Origin: Octopus vulgaris
Lineage: Eukaryota
Reading direction: 5' to 3'
NCBI GenBank assembly: GCA_951406725.2
Contig: OX597822.1
Span: forward strand, 87,854,001 to 87,918,000
Length of the DNA stretch: 64,000 bases
Shown here: positions 51,552-64,000 of the stretch, one piece after another
Position numbering within the stretch: position 1 is the first letter of the stretch
How the letters are laid out: every line of letters begins with the position of its first letter
Program-made: the position numbers and the translations under genes
Notes under the pieces: generated by a model
What the model saw: only the letters and a program-made list of their open reading frames with translations
What the model was told of the DNA's origin: nothing
Databases searched by the model: none

Positions 51552-51678
51552 ATCTTACAGCTGTTTCGGCCATGCAGATATGGGTGTCTCATTATGCTCA
51601 TATTAGCCATGTGTGATAGGTCAACATGTAGTTATAAATGAGACTCTTACAAAAATATCCCAAGGCCTCTTCAGAGAT
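51552..51678 (-). ncRNA. Type I hammerhead ribozyme with a long stem II insert
   Basis: The minus strand reads ATCT-CTGAAGA-GGCC...(~85 nt)...GGCC-GAAA-CAGCTG-TA-AGAT. Confidence 0.7.
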
Positions 51679-52247
51679 TATGAAATACAAACTAAATTAA
51701 ATATGAATATCAGAGGAGGTACACCCATACAAGAGTGGGTACATACCCATAATATATAATATACACATACATATGAGTGCATATACCCATACTCCTATAC
51801 ATATATATACATATACATAATAATATAAATCAATATACAGACATATGTTCTATATTCAATGTTACAGTTGGTCAACATAATATTATGATATTACAATATA
51901 GAAAACATACACATATCCATATTCAAATGCAGATATACAAAGTCAAGAGTTCATTATATTAAGTTACAAAATGCCATTAATATTACCATCATTACCATTA
52001 TCATTGCCACTATTGCTACTAATATCATTATTATAATTAATAATAACATTAATACCAGCAAAACAATATATGCATCACACGGTTAGCAATATAATAGCAA
52101 AAACAACAACAACAATAATACTACAGTACCATGCAAAGCATTAAAGATCGGCATATACATATAAAATGAAAAATGAAAAACATTGGTTTACATGATATTA
52201 AGTTCCACAAGTGTACAAACGTACATGCGAGTGCAGGCCATAATTTC

Positions 52248-52317
<70 letters not shown>

Positions 52318-52680
52318 ACGTGACACTCTGTCGGTTACGATAACGGGGGTTCCAGTTGATCCGATCAACGGAGCTGCCTGCTCGTGAAATTAACGTGCAA
52401 GTGGTTGAGCACTCCACTGACACGTGTACTCTTAACGTATTTCTCGGGGAGATTCACCAACATGGCTGGTCCTTTGAAATACAGGTACAACAGAAATAGG
52501 AAGAAAGAGTGAGAGAAAGTTGTGGTGAAATAATACAGCAGGGTTCGCCACCACACCCTGTGGGAGCCTCGTAGAGCTTTAGGTGGTTTCTCTCATTAAA
52601 CACTCACAACGTCCAGTCTAGGAATCGAAACCGCGATCCTACGATCGCGAGTCCGCTGCCCTAACCACTGGGCCATGGCG
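52318..52680 (-). mobile_element. OR1-like SINE, long-tail variant
   Basis: Homologous to 53510-54172. Confidence 0.75.
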
Positions 52681-53437
52681 CGACCAGACAATTTCTGCAA
52701 CCACATTACCCCTTACATTTGGCCACCTAACTCCCCAGAGAGCAACACCCTTGATAATTGTGTGGGGGTGCAATTGAACGAGAGACCATTCCTCAAGAAT
52801 TCCTTTCCTACCCATGATTTTTACAATAAAAATTTTAGAAAGTCCACTTACGACTGTAAAGATCTCTAATCTAGGAGAGGAGCTCTCTTCCTACTCACCC
52901 TCCTCTCTTTATCGTTGTCTTCTTCTCTCTCGTCCTCGTCGTTCTCATTCTTGTCCTCTTCCACGTCCCATCCTCTCTCTCCCTCCCCCTCTCTCTCATT
53001 ATTTTTGTTGAGTAAACTTCTTACAACTCTGAGTTTCACCTATGAGTGCTAAACGTTATCCAAATAAATTACGACAGTCAGCTTTCCTGAAGATCTTGTG
53101 TACCCACAGCTGAAACTCAAAGTAGCAAGAAACCGACTCGACCAAAACATCATTTATTAACCTGTACTCGTCAACACTGATTCGGGGAAGGGTACGAGCG
53201 CATGCGTGCACACACATCATTTAAAACAGTTTGATTCGGCCTCTTGCAGAAGCCCGTCTCTTTCAGGCTTTGACTTGCTGAAACCAAAGCCCGACAGGCT
53301 TCTGTTAGAGGCCCGTGGAACTTTAAATTGCGTGTAACCGAATCAAACTGTTTTAAATAATGCATGTAACTCCTGCTAAATGTGTTGAGTGCTCATTTCT
53401 TTTGTTTGTCAACTCATTCGAGTATACACACACACAC

Positions 53438-53509
<72 letters not shown>

Positions 53510-53510
<1 letters not shown>

Positions 53511-54169
53511 CGTGGCACTCCATCGGTTACGATAATGAGGGTTCCAGTTGATCCAATCAACGGAACAGCCTGCTCGTGAAATTAACGTGCAAGTGGCTGA
53601 GCACTCCACAGACACGTATATCCTTAACGTAGTTCTCGGGAGATACAGCGCGACGCTGAGTGTGACAAGGCTGGCCATTTGAAATACAGGTACAACAGAA
53701 ATAGAAAGAAAGAGTGAGAGAAAGTTGTGGTGAAATATTACAGCAGGGTTCGCCACCACACCCTGTGGGAGCCTCGTAGAGCGTTAAACGTTTTCGCTCA
53801 ATAAACACTCACAACACCCGGTCAGGGAATCGAAACCGCAATCCTACGACCGCGAGTGAGAGAAAGTTGTGGTGAAATATTACAGCAGGGTTCGCCACCA
53901 CACCCTGTGGGAGCCTCGTAGAGCTTTAAATGTTTTCGCTCAATAAACACTCACAACACCCGGTCAGGGAATCGAAACCGCGATCCTACGACCGCGAGTG
54001 AAAGAAAGTTGTGGTGAAATATTACAGCAGGGTTCGTCACCACACCCTGTGGGAGCCTCGTAGAGCTTTAAATGTTTTCGCCCTATAAACACTCACAACG
54101 CTCGGTCAGGGAATCGAAACCGCGATCCTACGACCGCGAGTCCGCTGCCCTAACCACTGGGCCATTGCG

Positions 54170-54172
<3 letters not shown>
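53510..54172 (-). mobile_element. OR1-like SINE with its ~141-bp internal segment repeated three times
   Basis: GAGTGAGAGAAAGTTGTGGTG...CCTACGACCGC recurs at ~53713, 53854 and 53996, with a single head. Confidence 0.8.
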
Positions 54173-54216
<44 letters not shown>

Positions 54217-55381
54217 CACATGTACACACATGTATGTATATATGCATGTATGTATGTATGCATGCATGGACGGACGGACGGATGGATGGATGTCACTGCC
54301 ATTGTAAATAGGCACCGGTTTTTCTAGGCATAGAATCCGTGGTGGGTATCCAGTGGAAGGTCTATGCTTCATCCACAACTGAATCAATCTACTTGATGAA
54401 CTGCTGCTACTCAATGAGTTACTGTTTATCAAGTTATTACATTTGATAAATGAGAAACGCAACACAACCTTTCTTTGTCTAAAATCTCTGGTTCTTGTAA
54501 TTGTTTAACCTCAATTTATCTCTGCTTGAGCACACTAAAGGCGTTCCAATCGTGATCACTCCATGTTTTGCGGTGGTGGTGGTGGGGTTTCTGACAGTGT
54601 ATCTTAGGTTCATGCTGTCTCAAACCAGAATGTATGTTTTCTTTAAAAGGCGAAAATCTCATTGCTGTGAGATTTAGCTGCTATTTCAAGCAGTTTGTAC
54701 GATCACATAGAGGCATACCATTTTATTGATAAACATTACTAACGCTGTTTAAAAAGTAATAAAAATAATGATATAAATTAAATTATCATCTCGATAACAT
54801 CTTACTGATATAGTTGACAGCGAGTTTATAATAAATCCTAAATGGATAAATTATTGCAAACCGAGAACAAAGCAAGTGTTTGTTCATAATAATTCGACAT
54901 ACAAAACAATCATGGTACGAATAAAATAAGAGAAAAAGAAGGATAAATATTTATTTATCTCACGCAGCTGGGTATTGCTTTGAATAAATTTACTATGTCT
55001 GGTGGTCAGCTCTGTTGAGTCTACTGGAGTTGGAAAATCACGATTATGTCGCCGAAAGAAGTACAATGCCCGTGATTTTTTGTTGGAGTCCGCCTCTAGC
55101 GTAGAATATTATCTAACCTCTATTTTGTTGAGTAAACAAAGGTAACATTTTCCGAGAAGCGGGTCGCATAAGATATGACTTATTATCAGACGAACCGCGT
55201 TAACAAAAAAAAATTTTGGCCTACCATTCACAAAGTCCTGCAGGCCGCAATTGACCCGTGGCTGCTATAGAGCACGGTAGAGCTTGCTGGAGAATAGTAT
55301 TGATTAGTGTTACTTAACTATTTTTTGCTGTCACATCTACTACTAATATCCATTACATATATATATAATAATTCTTTTATT

Positions 55382-56040
55382 AAGGCGGCGAGCTGGCAGA
55401 AACGTTAGCACGCCGGGCGAAATGCTTAACAGTATTTCGTCTGCCGCTACGTTCTGAGTTCAAATTCCGCCGAGGTCGACTTCGCCTTTCATCCTTTTGG
55501 GGTCGATAAATTAAGTACCAGTTACGCACTGGCGTCGATATAATCGACTAAATCCGTTTGTCTGTCTTTGTTTGTCCTCTCTGTGTTTAGCCCCTTGTGG
55601 GTAGTAATGTCTTTACGTTCTGAGTTCAAATTCCACCGAGGTCGACTTTGCCTTTCATCCTTTCGGGGTCGATAAATTAAGTACCAGTTGTGTACTGGGG
55701 TCGATCTAATCGAATGGCCCACCTCCCCAAAAATTTCGGGCCTTGTGCCTAGAGTACAAAACAATAATTCTCTTATTTGGCTGGCAATCTCGATTATGCA
55801 AGTGGCTGAGCACTCTACTAACACGCATAGACTTAACATAGTTCTCAGGGAGATTCAGCGTGACAGAATGTGATAAGGCTGGCTCTTTGAAATACAGGCA
55901 CTACTCATTGATGCCAACTGAGTAGACGAGATCAATGTGAAATAAAGCGTCTTGTTCAAGGACACAACGCGCCGACAGAATTCGAACTCACGGCCGTAAG
56001 ATTGTGAATCAAATACGCTGGCCACTTAGCCACGCGTCTT
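55382..56040. mobile_element. Nin-domain SINE dimer (+) followed by a CORE-type SINE (-)
   Basis: 55382-55760 matches the 24543 family. 55780-56040 has a minus-strand tRNA-like head. Confidence 0.7.
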
Positions 56041-57699
56041 CTCACAATTCTATGCTCCTCCGATGAAGTCCAATAAAACCGAAACATTTCTAGAGTTCTG
56101 CTTCCCTTTTAAACCAAAGACCAGATTTATTTGATATTTGCCATAATACTAATGGGGTTTTTTATCCCTCATTACATACTTATCTCCAATTTTAATTATT
56201 ATAATGGCATATCAGTGATAGTTATTTAAAATATAGTCGCTTTGGTTAGTTAGACTATAGAGTTACTGCCCCTGCATGTTTTGAGAAGATTTAAACATTA
56301 AATTAACGTTAATCTTTCATCAATGTGACCAGGGACTTGATTAACTGAACTTTTCTGGCTCAACACATTATATTATTTCTGTATGGAAGGCAGTAAGGGA
56401 AGATATAAATTTAAGTGACTAATTTCCCGTTATATTATTCTGTATGGAAGGCTGTAACGGAAGCCATCAATTTAAGTTATTAATGCAGTGCTACATTGAC
56501 AGAATCGAGGAACTAAGTACATCGGCTTTGAAAACAGTAAAGCATTGTCGAATTACCGAATGGTAGGACTTTGGTTTCATTGGTGCCACATTCCAAGAAA
56601 TCTTAAGAAGACGAAAAATGAGGAGAGGATAGAGATTAGGGGAGAAGGAGAGAGAGAGGAGAGGAGAGAGAAAAAAGGGAGAGGGAGAGGAGAGAGAAAA
56701 GGGGGAGGGGGACAAATTACAAGGAAAGAATTAATTGGAACGGTTCAGATAGGAATCGTATGGTTTGCCAGTAACTTGTCACATCTACAGCGCATGTATA
56801 TTGCACTCGCACACACCACTCACACACACACATACACACGCATTTACACACAAAATCACACTCACACATGTACGCGCGCGCACACACACACACACACACA
56901 TACACACATACACACTCACATACATACATTCGTCACTTACCCGTTTTGGTGTAGCCATCACAAGAACTTTCAACCCCACAAAACCCATCTCTACGCACGG
57001 GCCAACCATCACAATAACTCCATTCAATCGAAACTTATCTCCGACACCCAAGAAAGCTACACTAACATGATGAGCCAACAAGGGTACCTCTATGTGGTCA
57101 CACGACGTGCTAGAGATAACAGCCAAATCGCCTCAAATCTGACACTACCGTCTTGAAAGAAGCAAACAAGGAGAGTACAGAGTACAAGTTAAGGTATATA
57201 TTTTGGACAGCATGGAATCTCCAGCATCACCTTTCAAGTCTTTGTTCATGATCAGAAGCTCAGCATATTTTCATATATGAAAAAGGAGTTTAATAAACAG
57301 AGTACCTCATAGGGAGTAATATTAAAAGAGACACAAGAAGTGTCTGTGTTGTTGAATGGAGAGAAAAAAGAAAAGAAAACAAAAAAATGGCTAAAAACTA
57401 TTGTGGTTCTCGCCATGACGATGAGAGTGCGTGGGAGCGAACAAAGGCTTGAGAGGTAGCACTGAACATTTTGTACGGCTTGGATGTATTTTAGTCAGGA
57501 CTCATTGGTAAATGTAGTCTTACAGCCACCACGACCACCCATACACACACCAAAAAAAAATAATAGACGGAATGGTCATGGCTGCACCATAAAACAGCTT
57601 TGTCTAAGAATAGCTGTAGCAAGGACAGCTTCGTTAACATGAGAATAGCTGTAATATATACAACCGCATTAGTCCAAGATTAACTGCAGTATGAACAGC

Positions 57700-58590
57700 T
57701 CCGTTAGCCCAGGTATACCTGCGGCAGGAGCAGCTTCGTTAACCCATGAAGAAGCAGTTATGGAGGAGGAGGAGTAGGAGGAGGAGGAGGAGGATTTCTT
57801 CAGTGGTGTTACCCAGTCAAAAGAGAGCAACAGGCGCCACAGATCACTCAATGACATGGCTCAGAATTTGGTCAAGACCTGGTTAGAGACTTGCCTTCTT
57901 GGGTGAGCAAATGTTGGTGGATTGGTTTCATCAAGTTCAACATAGCCATCCCCTCCAGTGCTGGAGCGAAGCGTTTGTTCTCTATGGGCAAGGACACCTT
58001 GAAAGCCAAGAGATCGTTTCTGTCTGATGAAAACTTTGACATGCTAATTTCCGTGAAGGGCAGCATGCATCTCATGAACAAAATGGAGAACGAGAAGAAG
58101 AGGAAAGATTAAATTATATATATATATCGTGTTTTTCATTTTTATTTTTATATTTTTAAGGCCACTTTATCAATAACCTTTTTTAGTCTAATACTAATAT
58201 TGTGTTTCACTTGAGTTTTTTTTTTACCCTTTTCTCTCTCTAAAAGCTTTTAAAACCTAAAACAAGGGCCAAAACTATAAAATCAGCACTTTTTAACTCC
58301 AAACCAAAAAACACTATAGTTTTGGGGTACTAAATTCCTTAAAAAGGCCCAAAAAGTACTTGATTCCATAGTTTTGGTACTTTTTAAAGGTGTTTTTAGG
58401 TGGTTTTAGTGCAAAAATTGATTTTTTTTTGGTATTTTTCTCTAATGAAAATTAACGTTAACGGTTTATCGATAACTTCCGTTACATTTTTTAAAAGAAT
58501 TAACAGATTAACGGTTATCGAAGTTAACTTTTTGGTTAACGGATTAACTGTTAACGAAGTTAACTTTTCGATTAACGGTGCCCACCTTTG
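57700..58590 (+). mobile_element. hAT transposon 3' end with dimerisation-domain remnant
   Basis: FIKFNIAIPSSAGAKRLFSMG...KRSFLSDENFDMLI matches the hAT C-terminal domain. Subterminal GTTAAC repeats lie at 58450-58577, and the terminus is GTGCCCACCTTTG. Confidence 0.75.
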
Positions 58591-58614
58591 CCGGTAGATC
58601 CTCCTCTCCAAATA

Positions 58615-58846
58615 TATTTATTTATTGCCCACAGAGGGCTAAACATAAAGGGGACAAACAAGAGCAGACAAAGGGATGAAGTCGATTACATTGGCCTCGG
58701 TGCGTAACGGGTACTTATTTAATCGACCCCGAAAGGATGAAAGGCAAAGTCGACCTCGGCTGAATTTGAACTCAGAACGTAAGAGCAGACGAAATATCGC
58801 TAAATATTTCGCCCGGCGTGCTAACGATTCTGCCGGCTCGCCGCCC
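58615..58846 (-). mobile_element. Nin-domain SINE
   Basis: Reverse complement of the 24543 family. Another copy lies at 60650-60843. Confidence 0.8.
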
Positions 58847-58949
58847 TTCCCCCCTCTCCAAATAACAACACGGAGTCAGATCTTTACATTCAGCCACCAT
58901 AGAACTCACAAACCTAACGCAGAAAATACATGATTATCTCAACTACAAA

Positions 58950-59100
58950 ACCCTAACTCTAACTCTTAAGCCTAACCTCTAATCCTAAACCCTAACCCTA
59001 ACCCTAATCCTAACCCTAAATCCTAACCTCAACCCGAACCCTAAACCCAAACCTAGCCCTAACTTTAAACCCTAAATCCTAAACTTAACTTTAACCCTAG
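58950..59100 (-). repeat. Degenerate interstitial telomere-like (CCCTAA)n
   Basis: About 25 imperfect CCCTAA units. Confidence 0.8.
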
Positions 59101-59992
59101 CTCTTACCTAATCATAATCTAGATCCAGTCATTTCACAGCATAGACTTCGGATACTGCGATAGACCGCACGCTAAAGTAACACTGGCGAAGCTTTCCACT
59201 TTATACCCCGCTAACTACTAATACAAGAAATACCCAACACTTTAATAAATAACACAAAACGTTAGTTAGCAAATAAACCGCTGGTGAATAAGTTTATTTA
59301 TGGCGCGAAGAACCACAGAACTTCCAGTCTATAGAATGGAGTAACAGAAGAATTCCGTCCTGTCGTCCACTCTTTTGAACTAGTATTTATACGATACTCT
59401 ACTATCTCCAACATCCAGACAGCCAAATACACGAACTTCCCACACCCGCCAACATACGTATAACAAGCATTACACCCCCTGCTATTCTCTAGATACAGCT
59501 CCATGCCAAATCTAACTCTATAAATGACCCAGAAACCTGGCTCCAAAACAATAGACACAGCAGTACCAACTAAATTCATTGTATCTCTTAGCAATAACAC
59601 CAAACATCAAATACAATTAACCATCATCACACTCAACGAACATATCACACACACACACACACACACGACGCACGCGCACACATACACACGCAGGCGCACA
59701 CACACATACACCACACATGCAGACATATTGAGCATGAGTGAGCTAGTTCTACCTGGGACTCTCAGTTTCTCCACAACAAACCATAATAAACTAAAAGGCT
59801 TCCAAAAATACTCTTTATCTACACAAACCAACAAAAATGCAACAATGAAAGACCACCTTCAAACACCCGGACATGCATATAACGCATCGAGAACAACATC
59901 ACATTTTCTAATTAGAGAAACACTCAGAGAAACTGTTGCAACGTCTGGCCTCAAAATCTGTGCCGAGATGTATAGTAGTACCCTAGTATCAT

Positions 59993-60290
59993 GTGGAGGC
60001 ACATGGCCTGGTGGTTAGAGCAGCAGACTCGCGGTCAAGCGATCGCGGGTTCGAATCTCAGACCGGGCGATATGTGTGTTTATGAGCGAAACACCTAAGT
60101 TCCACGCGGCTCCGGCAAAAGGTAATGGCGAACTTCTGCTGACTCTTTCGCCACAACTTTTTCTCACTCTTTCCTCCTGCATCTTGCAGCTCACCTGCGA
60201 CGGACCGGCGTCCCGTCGAAGTGTGGAACCTATACGCCAAGGAAACCAGGAAACCGGCCCTATGAGTCAGACGTGGCTCGAGAAGGAACA
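59993..60290 (+). mobile_element. OR1-like tRNA-Arg SINE
   Basis: Head TGGCCTGGTGGTTAGAGCAGCAGACTCGCGGTC...GGGTTCGAATCTC, followed by the SINE body and an AAC tail. Confidence 0.8.
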
Positions 60291-61420
60291 AACAACAACC
60301 TTTTTGTATCATAATATTCGTACCAACAAAGAAACAACATCTATTGTGCTCTGGCCGAGTCCACTTTTGCTCATCTCTGCTGTGATCTCAAAAGCCTACG
60401 GTCGTGTGGAAATAGACTGGGGTAGTGGAGAGAAAGCAATATATCCAGACTCACTGTACGTCTGGGTGTACTATGTGGTACTCAGCCATGTATAATTTTT
60501 AAGAAGGATCTGTAAGGTGACGCCTTGTGTACATGCGCGGAATAGGACTAAACGTAAGTGTACAGATTTAGACTGAGGTAAGAGTGATTAAGTCAGGTCC
60601 CCCAAATCACACACGCTATTCACATCCAAGAAGTTGAATAATAATTATAGGTTTCTAATTCTGGCACAAGGCCAGCAATTTTAGGGGAGGAGTTTTAGTC
60701 GATTATCTCAACCCCAGTGCTCAACTGGAACTTATTTTATCGACCCCAAAGGGATGGATGAAAGGCAAAGTCGATCTCGACGGAATTTAAACTCAGAACG
60801 TAAAGACGGACGAAGCGCCGCCAAGCATTTTGCCCGGCGTGCTTAATCATGAATCTCCTACACATAGGGAATAAGACGTCTTGGTCATTATTGGAGTGTC
60901 TTGCTTGATCGGGGTAAACTTGATGCTGAACAAATAAAACAATAACAGAATCAAACCATAATTTTTATTAAAATTTACGATTAAAAAGTTGTGTCCCCCC
61001 CACTCTCTCTTTTTCTCTTACTCTCTCCCTTTCTTTCGAAACCGAAGGAGAGTGGCGACGTAGGTGGGTGTTATATTATTACTTTTATAGCAAAAACACA
61101 GGAACTGATGTCGCTGTATAACAACAAACATCTTAACTTGTGAAATCTAAGATGTTTTTAATGCATTTTGAAACCAAACGCTTTATTAATTGATTTAATT
61201 ACAAATAACGAATAACAGAGCCGTCACTACGACGGGCCAGTAATAGCAATCAAATCACCTTCAAATCACACTTGAATAGTCCTAAAATATAGAATGATTG
61301 AAAAATGAAAGGGGAAAAAAGAACGAAGCAAAGCACGGAACACCTTTGATCGAAGCTATGTTCGAGCAAAAGGCTGGTTGACACCTGAAGCTAAGCAACA
61401 ACAATAACAACAACAATAAT

Positions 61421-61683
61421 AATAACGACAATTGCATCAACAACAGTAACCGTTCAAGAATTTAGACCTGGAGATCTCCATTTCCAGCGACTTCGAGGGC
61501 CACCTCCCAGTGGTGTCGGGGGCGTCAACGAAGAGCCCTCGACTACAACAAGACGACTAAAGTTTTTTTTGTTTTTTTTTCAAAGTCTGGGGGGTCTCCC
61601 GCCCCTAAGCCCTAGATCATCACCTTAATCACCGTCTTGTTGCTTAACAACAATAACAACAACAACAACAATAACAACAACAT

Positions 61684-61724
<41 letters not shown>

Positions 61725-61732
61725 TCAACAAA

Positions 61733-61770
<38 letters not shown>

Positions 61771-63270
61771 TAAACTACAGCAACAACAGCAACAACAACA
61801 GAAAAAGAAACGACAACAGCAATAGAAGTAATAACACAACAGCAGCAGCAACAGAAACAACAACTGCAACAGCAAGAACAGCAACAGCAACAGCAACAGC
61901 AGCAGCAGCAGCAGCAGCAACAACCTCTGCAGCTTCAGCAACACCATCACGGTGATGAGACGAGTGGAGCCAGAATGTAAAAACCGGATTAAGTTTCATT
62001 TTGTAGATATATGTAATGTGTGTTGTTAGTATGTATGTGCACGAACCCACCAAAATTATGTTTTTCACATTATATAATCGTAATCTACACACTCTGAAAG
62101 GTATTTATAAAAAAATTTTCATTAAAAATTACCCATTTTTCTGAAACTTATATGTAAAGAAAGCTGACTCGTGTGAATTTTCCGAAACTTCTCACCCAAC
62201 CCACGGAAAAATCTTTTCCTCAATAAATTCTTATATAATTAGAATCCATACCAGTGGTTCTCAACCAGGGTCCATATAAAATTTCGGGATCTTTACCTTT
62301 TGACCTAAAGATTTAAAAAATAATTTTTTGTAACTAAACACTTTCAAACTTCGAAATATACACCGCCGATAGTTGTTGTTGACAAACAACGGCCGACATT
62401 TTATTCAGCTGAATACACGTCATTGATTGGTTGAAATTACCGAAATACGAGAACTTTAACGTGAAATAACTTCGTAAATATAATTTTTTCTCAAAAATGC
62501 TAAGAGTAAAAGATGTTTTATAAGACACATTCTACCAGTGTCCGAAGTTTGAAAGTGTTTAGTTACAAAAAATTATTTTTTAAATCTGTAGGTCAAAAGG
62601 TAAAGATCTAAATTTTGGTGGGTCCATGCAATAAAATAGCAAGTTGGGGATCCGGAATAGTATTCTAAGGGCCCTGAAAAAATTTTTGCTTTAGATGGTC
62701 TGTATTGGTATGTATTGCAAGAAATAGCCAGGTTCCTTTCTCGAACGTTTTACATAGTTCAATCTACACAAATGTGAAAAACAAAATAGGAATTTTGAAA
62801 GAAGTATTTATGAAGCTTGTTTTTAAACATCGAATGGTTACGAGAACTTCTGATCTCATCACTCTGAAGCGTATTTGTAGAAAATGTCATTTAAACATAT
62901 ACATTCTTCTGGAAGTTATGAGGCAACAAAGTCGGTGGTGGTGGGTAACGCATGTGGAGGTATGTCGAACTCCCTCGTTATGTGCCACATCCACAGGCAC
63001 CTGATTGTACAACGTCTTCTAGTGATGTTTAAGTATTTATTTCAGTCGCGGGTAAGGGTGATTAGGTGATGATCTAGGGCTTAGGGGCGGAAGACCCCAA
63101 ACCTTGAAAAAAAAAAAAAAAATTTAGTCGTCTTGTTGTTGTCGAGGGCTCTTCGTTGACGCCCAACACCACTGGGAGGTGGCCCTCGAAGTCACTGGAA
63201 ATGGAGATCTCCAGGTCCAAATTCTTGAACGGCTACTGTTGCTGCTGTTGTTGATGTAATTGTCGTTATT
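61421..63270. repeat. Inverted pair of ~213-bp repeats (61421-61633 and 63057-63270)
   Basis: The arms are clear reverse complements. They enclose (AAC)n/(CAG)n tracts and nested MITEs. Confidence 0.85.
62287..62609. mobile_element. Merlin-like MITE (third subfamily) inserted in a hAT MITE that starts at 62252
   Basis: TIRs GGATCTTTACCTTTTGACCT... with TSD AAATTTCG/AAATTTTG (7/8). The host element begins CAGTGGTTCTCAACC. Confidence 0.7.
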
Positions 63271-63348
63271 GGAGAACACCAATAGTAATTGGAGTACGTT
63301 CGAACGTACTATCCTCATCGACGAAGACTTCAGAGAAAGCAATTCAGT

Positions 63349-63505
63349 TAAAACCTTAACCCTAAAACCCTAGGGTTAGGGTTTTAGGGTTAGGTTTAGG
63401 GTTTTAGGGTTAGGGTGTTAGGGTTAGGGTTTTAGGGTTAGAGTTAGGGTTTTAGGGTTAGGGTTAGAGTTTTAGGACTTGGGTTTTAGGGTTTTAGGGT
63501 TAGGG
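63349..63505 (+). repeat. Telomere-like (TTAGGG/TTTTAGGG)n with a short inverted CCCTAA segment
   Basis: AAAACCTTAACCCTAAAACCC-TAGGGTTAGGGTTTTAGGG... Confidence 0.85.
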
Positions 63506-63877
63506 AAAGCTTGTATGTCGACGCATGAAGGCTAACACTGTTACATGCACAATTCATGAGCTATGCAGAAAGAATCGGCGGGAAGAGGTGGCGTTGTTCC
63601 CGTGGATTCACTCGGGCTATACAAGTCAATTTCTGTTTTGAGAAAAGTCATTTGACTTTACCATTTATAATCCAAATAATGTATATATGTGGATAAGACT
63701 GTCGTTATTTCCCGTTACTATCGCAGTTTACTTTCATTTTTAGGACAGTTTACTTTCACTTTATTACCACATTCTCTTCATAATTACCATCATTACTACT
63801 TCCCCAATCTACGTCAACGCCAGTAATAAGCGCACCACTCCCTTCAACACTGCCAACACTCCCAAGATAAACTTCCC

Positions 63878-64000
63878 CACCGCCACCACCACCACCGCCG
63901 CCGCCGTCACCACCACCGCCGCCGCCGCCACCACCGCCACCGCCGCCGCCACCACCACCACCACCATCACCACCAACACTATCACCACCACCGCCGCCGC
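63878..64000. repeat. (CCA/CCG)n trinucleotide repeat
   Basis: Directly visible simple repeat. Confidence 0.9.

Noticed and set aside
56545-57156. 203-aa ORF
   Set aside because: It is composed of a GA-rich tract, (CA)n and a repeat fragment, with no protein-like content.
59993-60065. tRNA-Arg-like sequence (and similar heads at 11163, 11822 and 24543)
   Set aside because: These are SINE heads without a proper acceptor stem, and they continue into SINE bodies.
61612-62092. Poly-N, poly-Q and poly-L ORFs
   Set aside because: They are trinucleotide repeats with no flanking coding context or convincing splice structure.
63349-63400. Telomere-telomere fusion scar
   Set aside because: The orientation is CCCTAA then TTAGGG, the opposite of an end-to-end fusion, and the left part is only ~3 units.

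Overview
AT-rich, microsatellite-saturated eukaryotic DNA. The SINE families resemble the Octopus OK/OR1/OR2 tRNA-SINEs, so the source is probably a cephalopod intergenic or intronic region (inference). I found no host protein-coding exon that I can support, and most listed ORFs are microsatellite or SINE artefacts. The window is a mosaic of transposable elements: three SINE families, Merlin-type MITEs with 8-bp TSDs (one nested in another's TIR), mariner, maT, Chapaev3 and hAT fossils, Helitron remnants, Dong/R4 and RTE LINE fragments, and several type I hammerhead ribozymes of the Penelope/retrozyme kind. The standout is a very young 4.3-kb Gypsy-derived LTR element (16947-21242). It has near-identical 1.15-kb LTRs, a tRNA-Leu PBS and a PPT. 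Its only cargo is one uninterrupted 641-aa ORF made of highly diverged gag/pol remnants with the RT catalytic core deleted in frame, and its internal duplications show synonymous codon changes in their conserved blocks. This suggests a non-autonomous element that keeps a repurposed protein. An inverted pair of repeats near 61.4-63.3 kb carries a possible HDV-like ribozyme fold.
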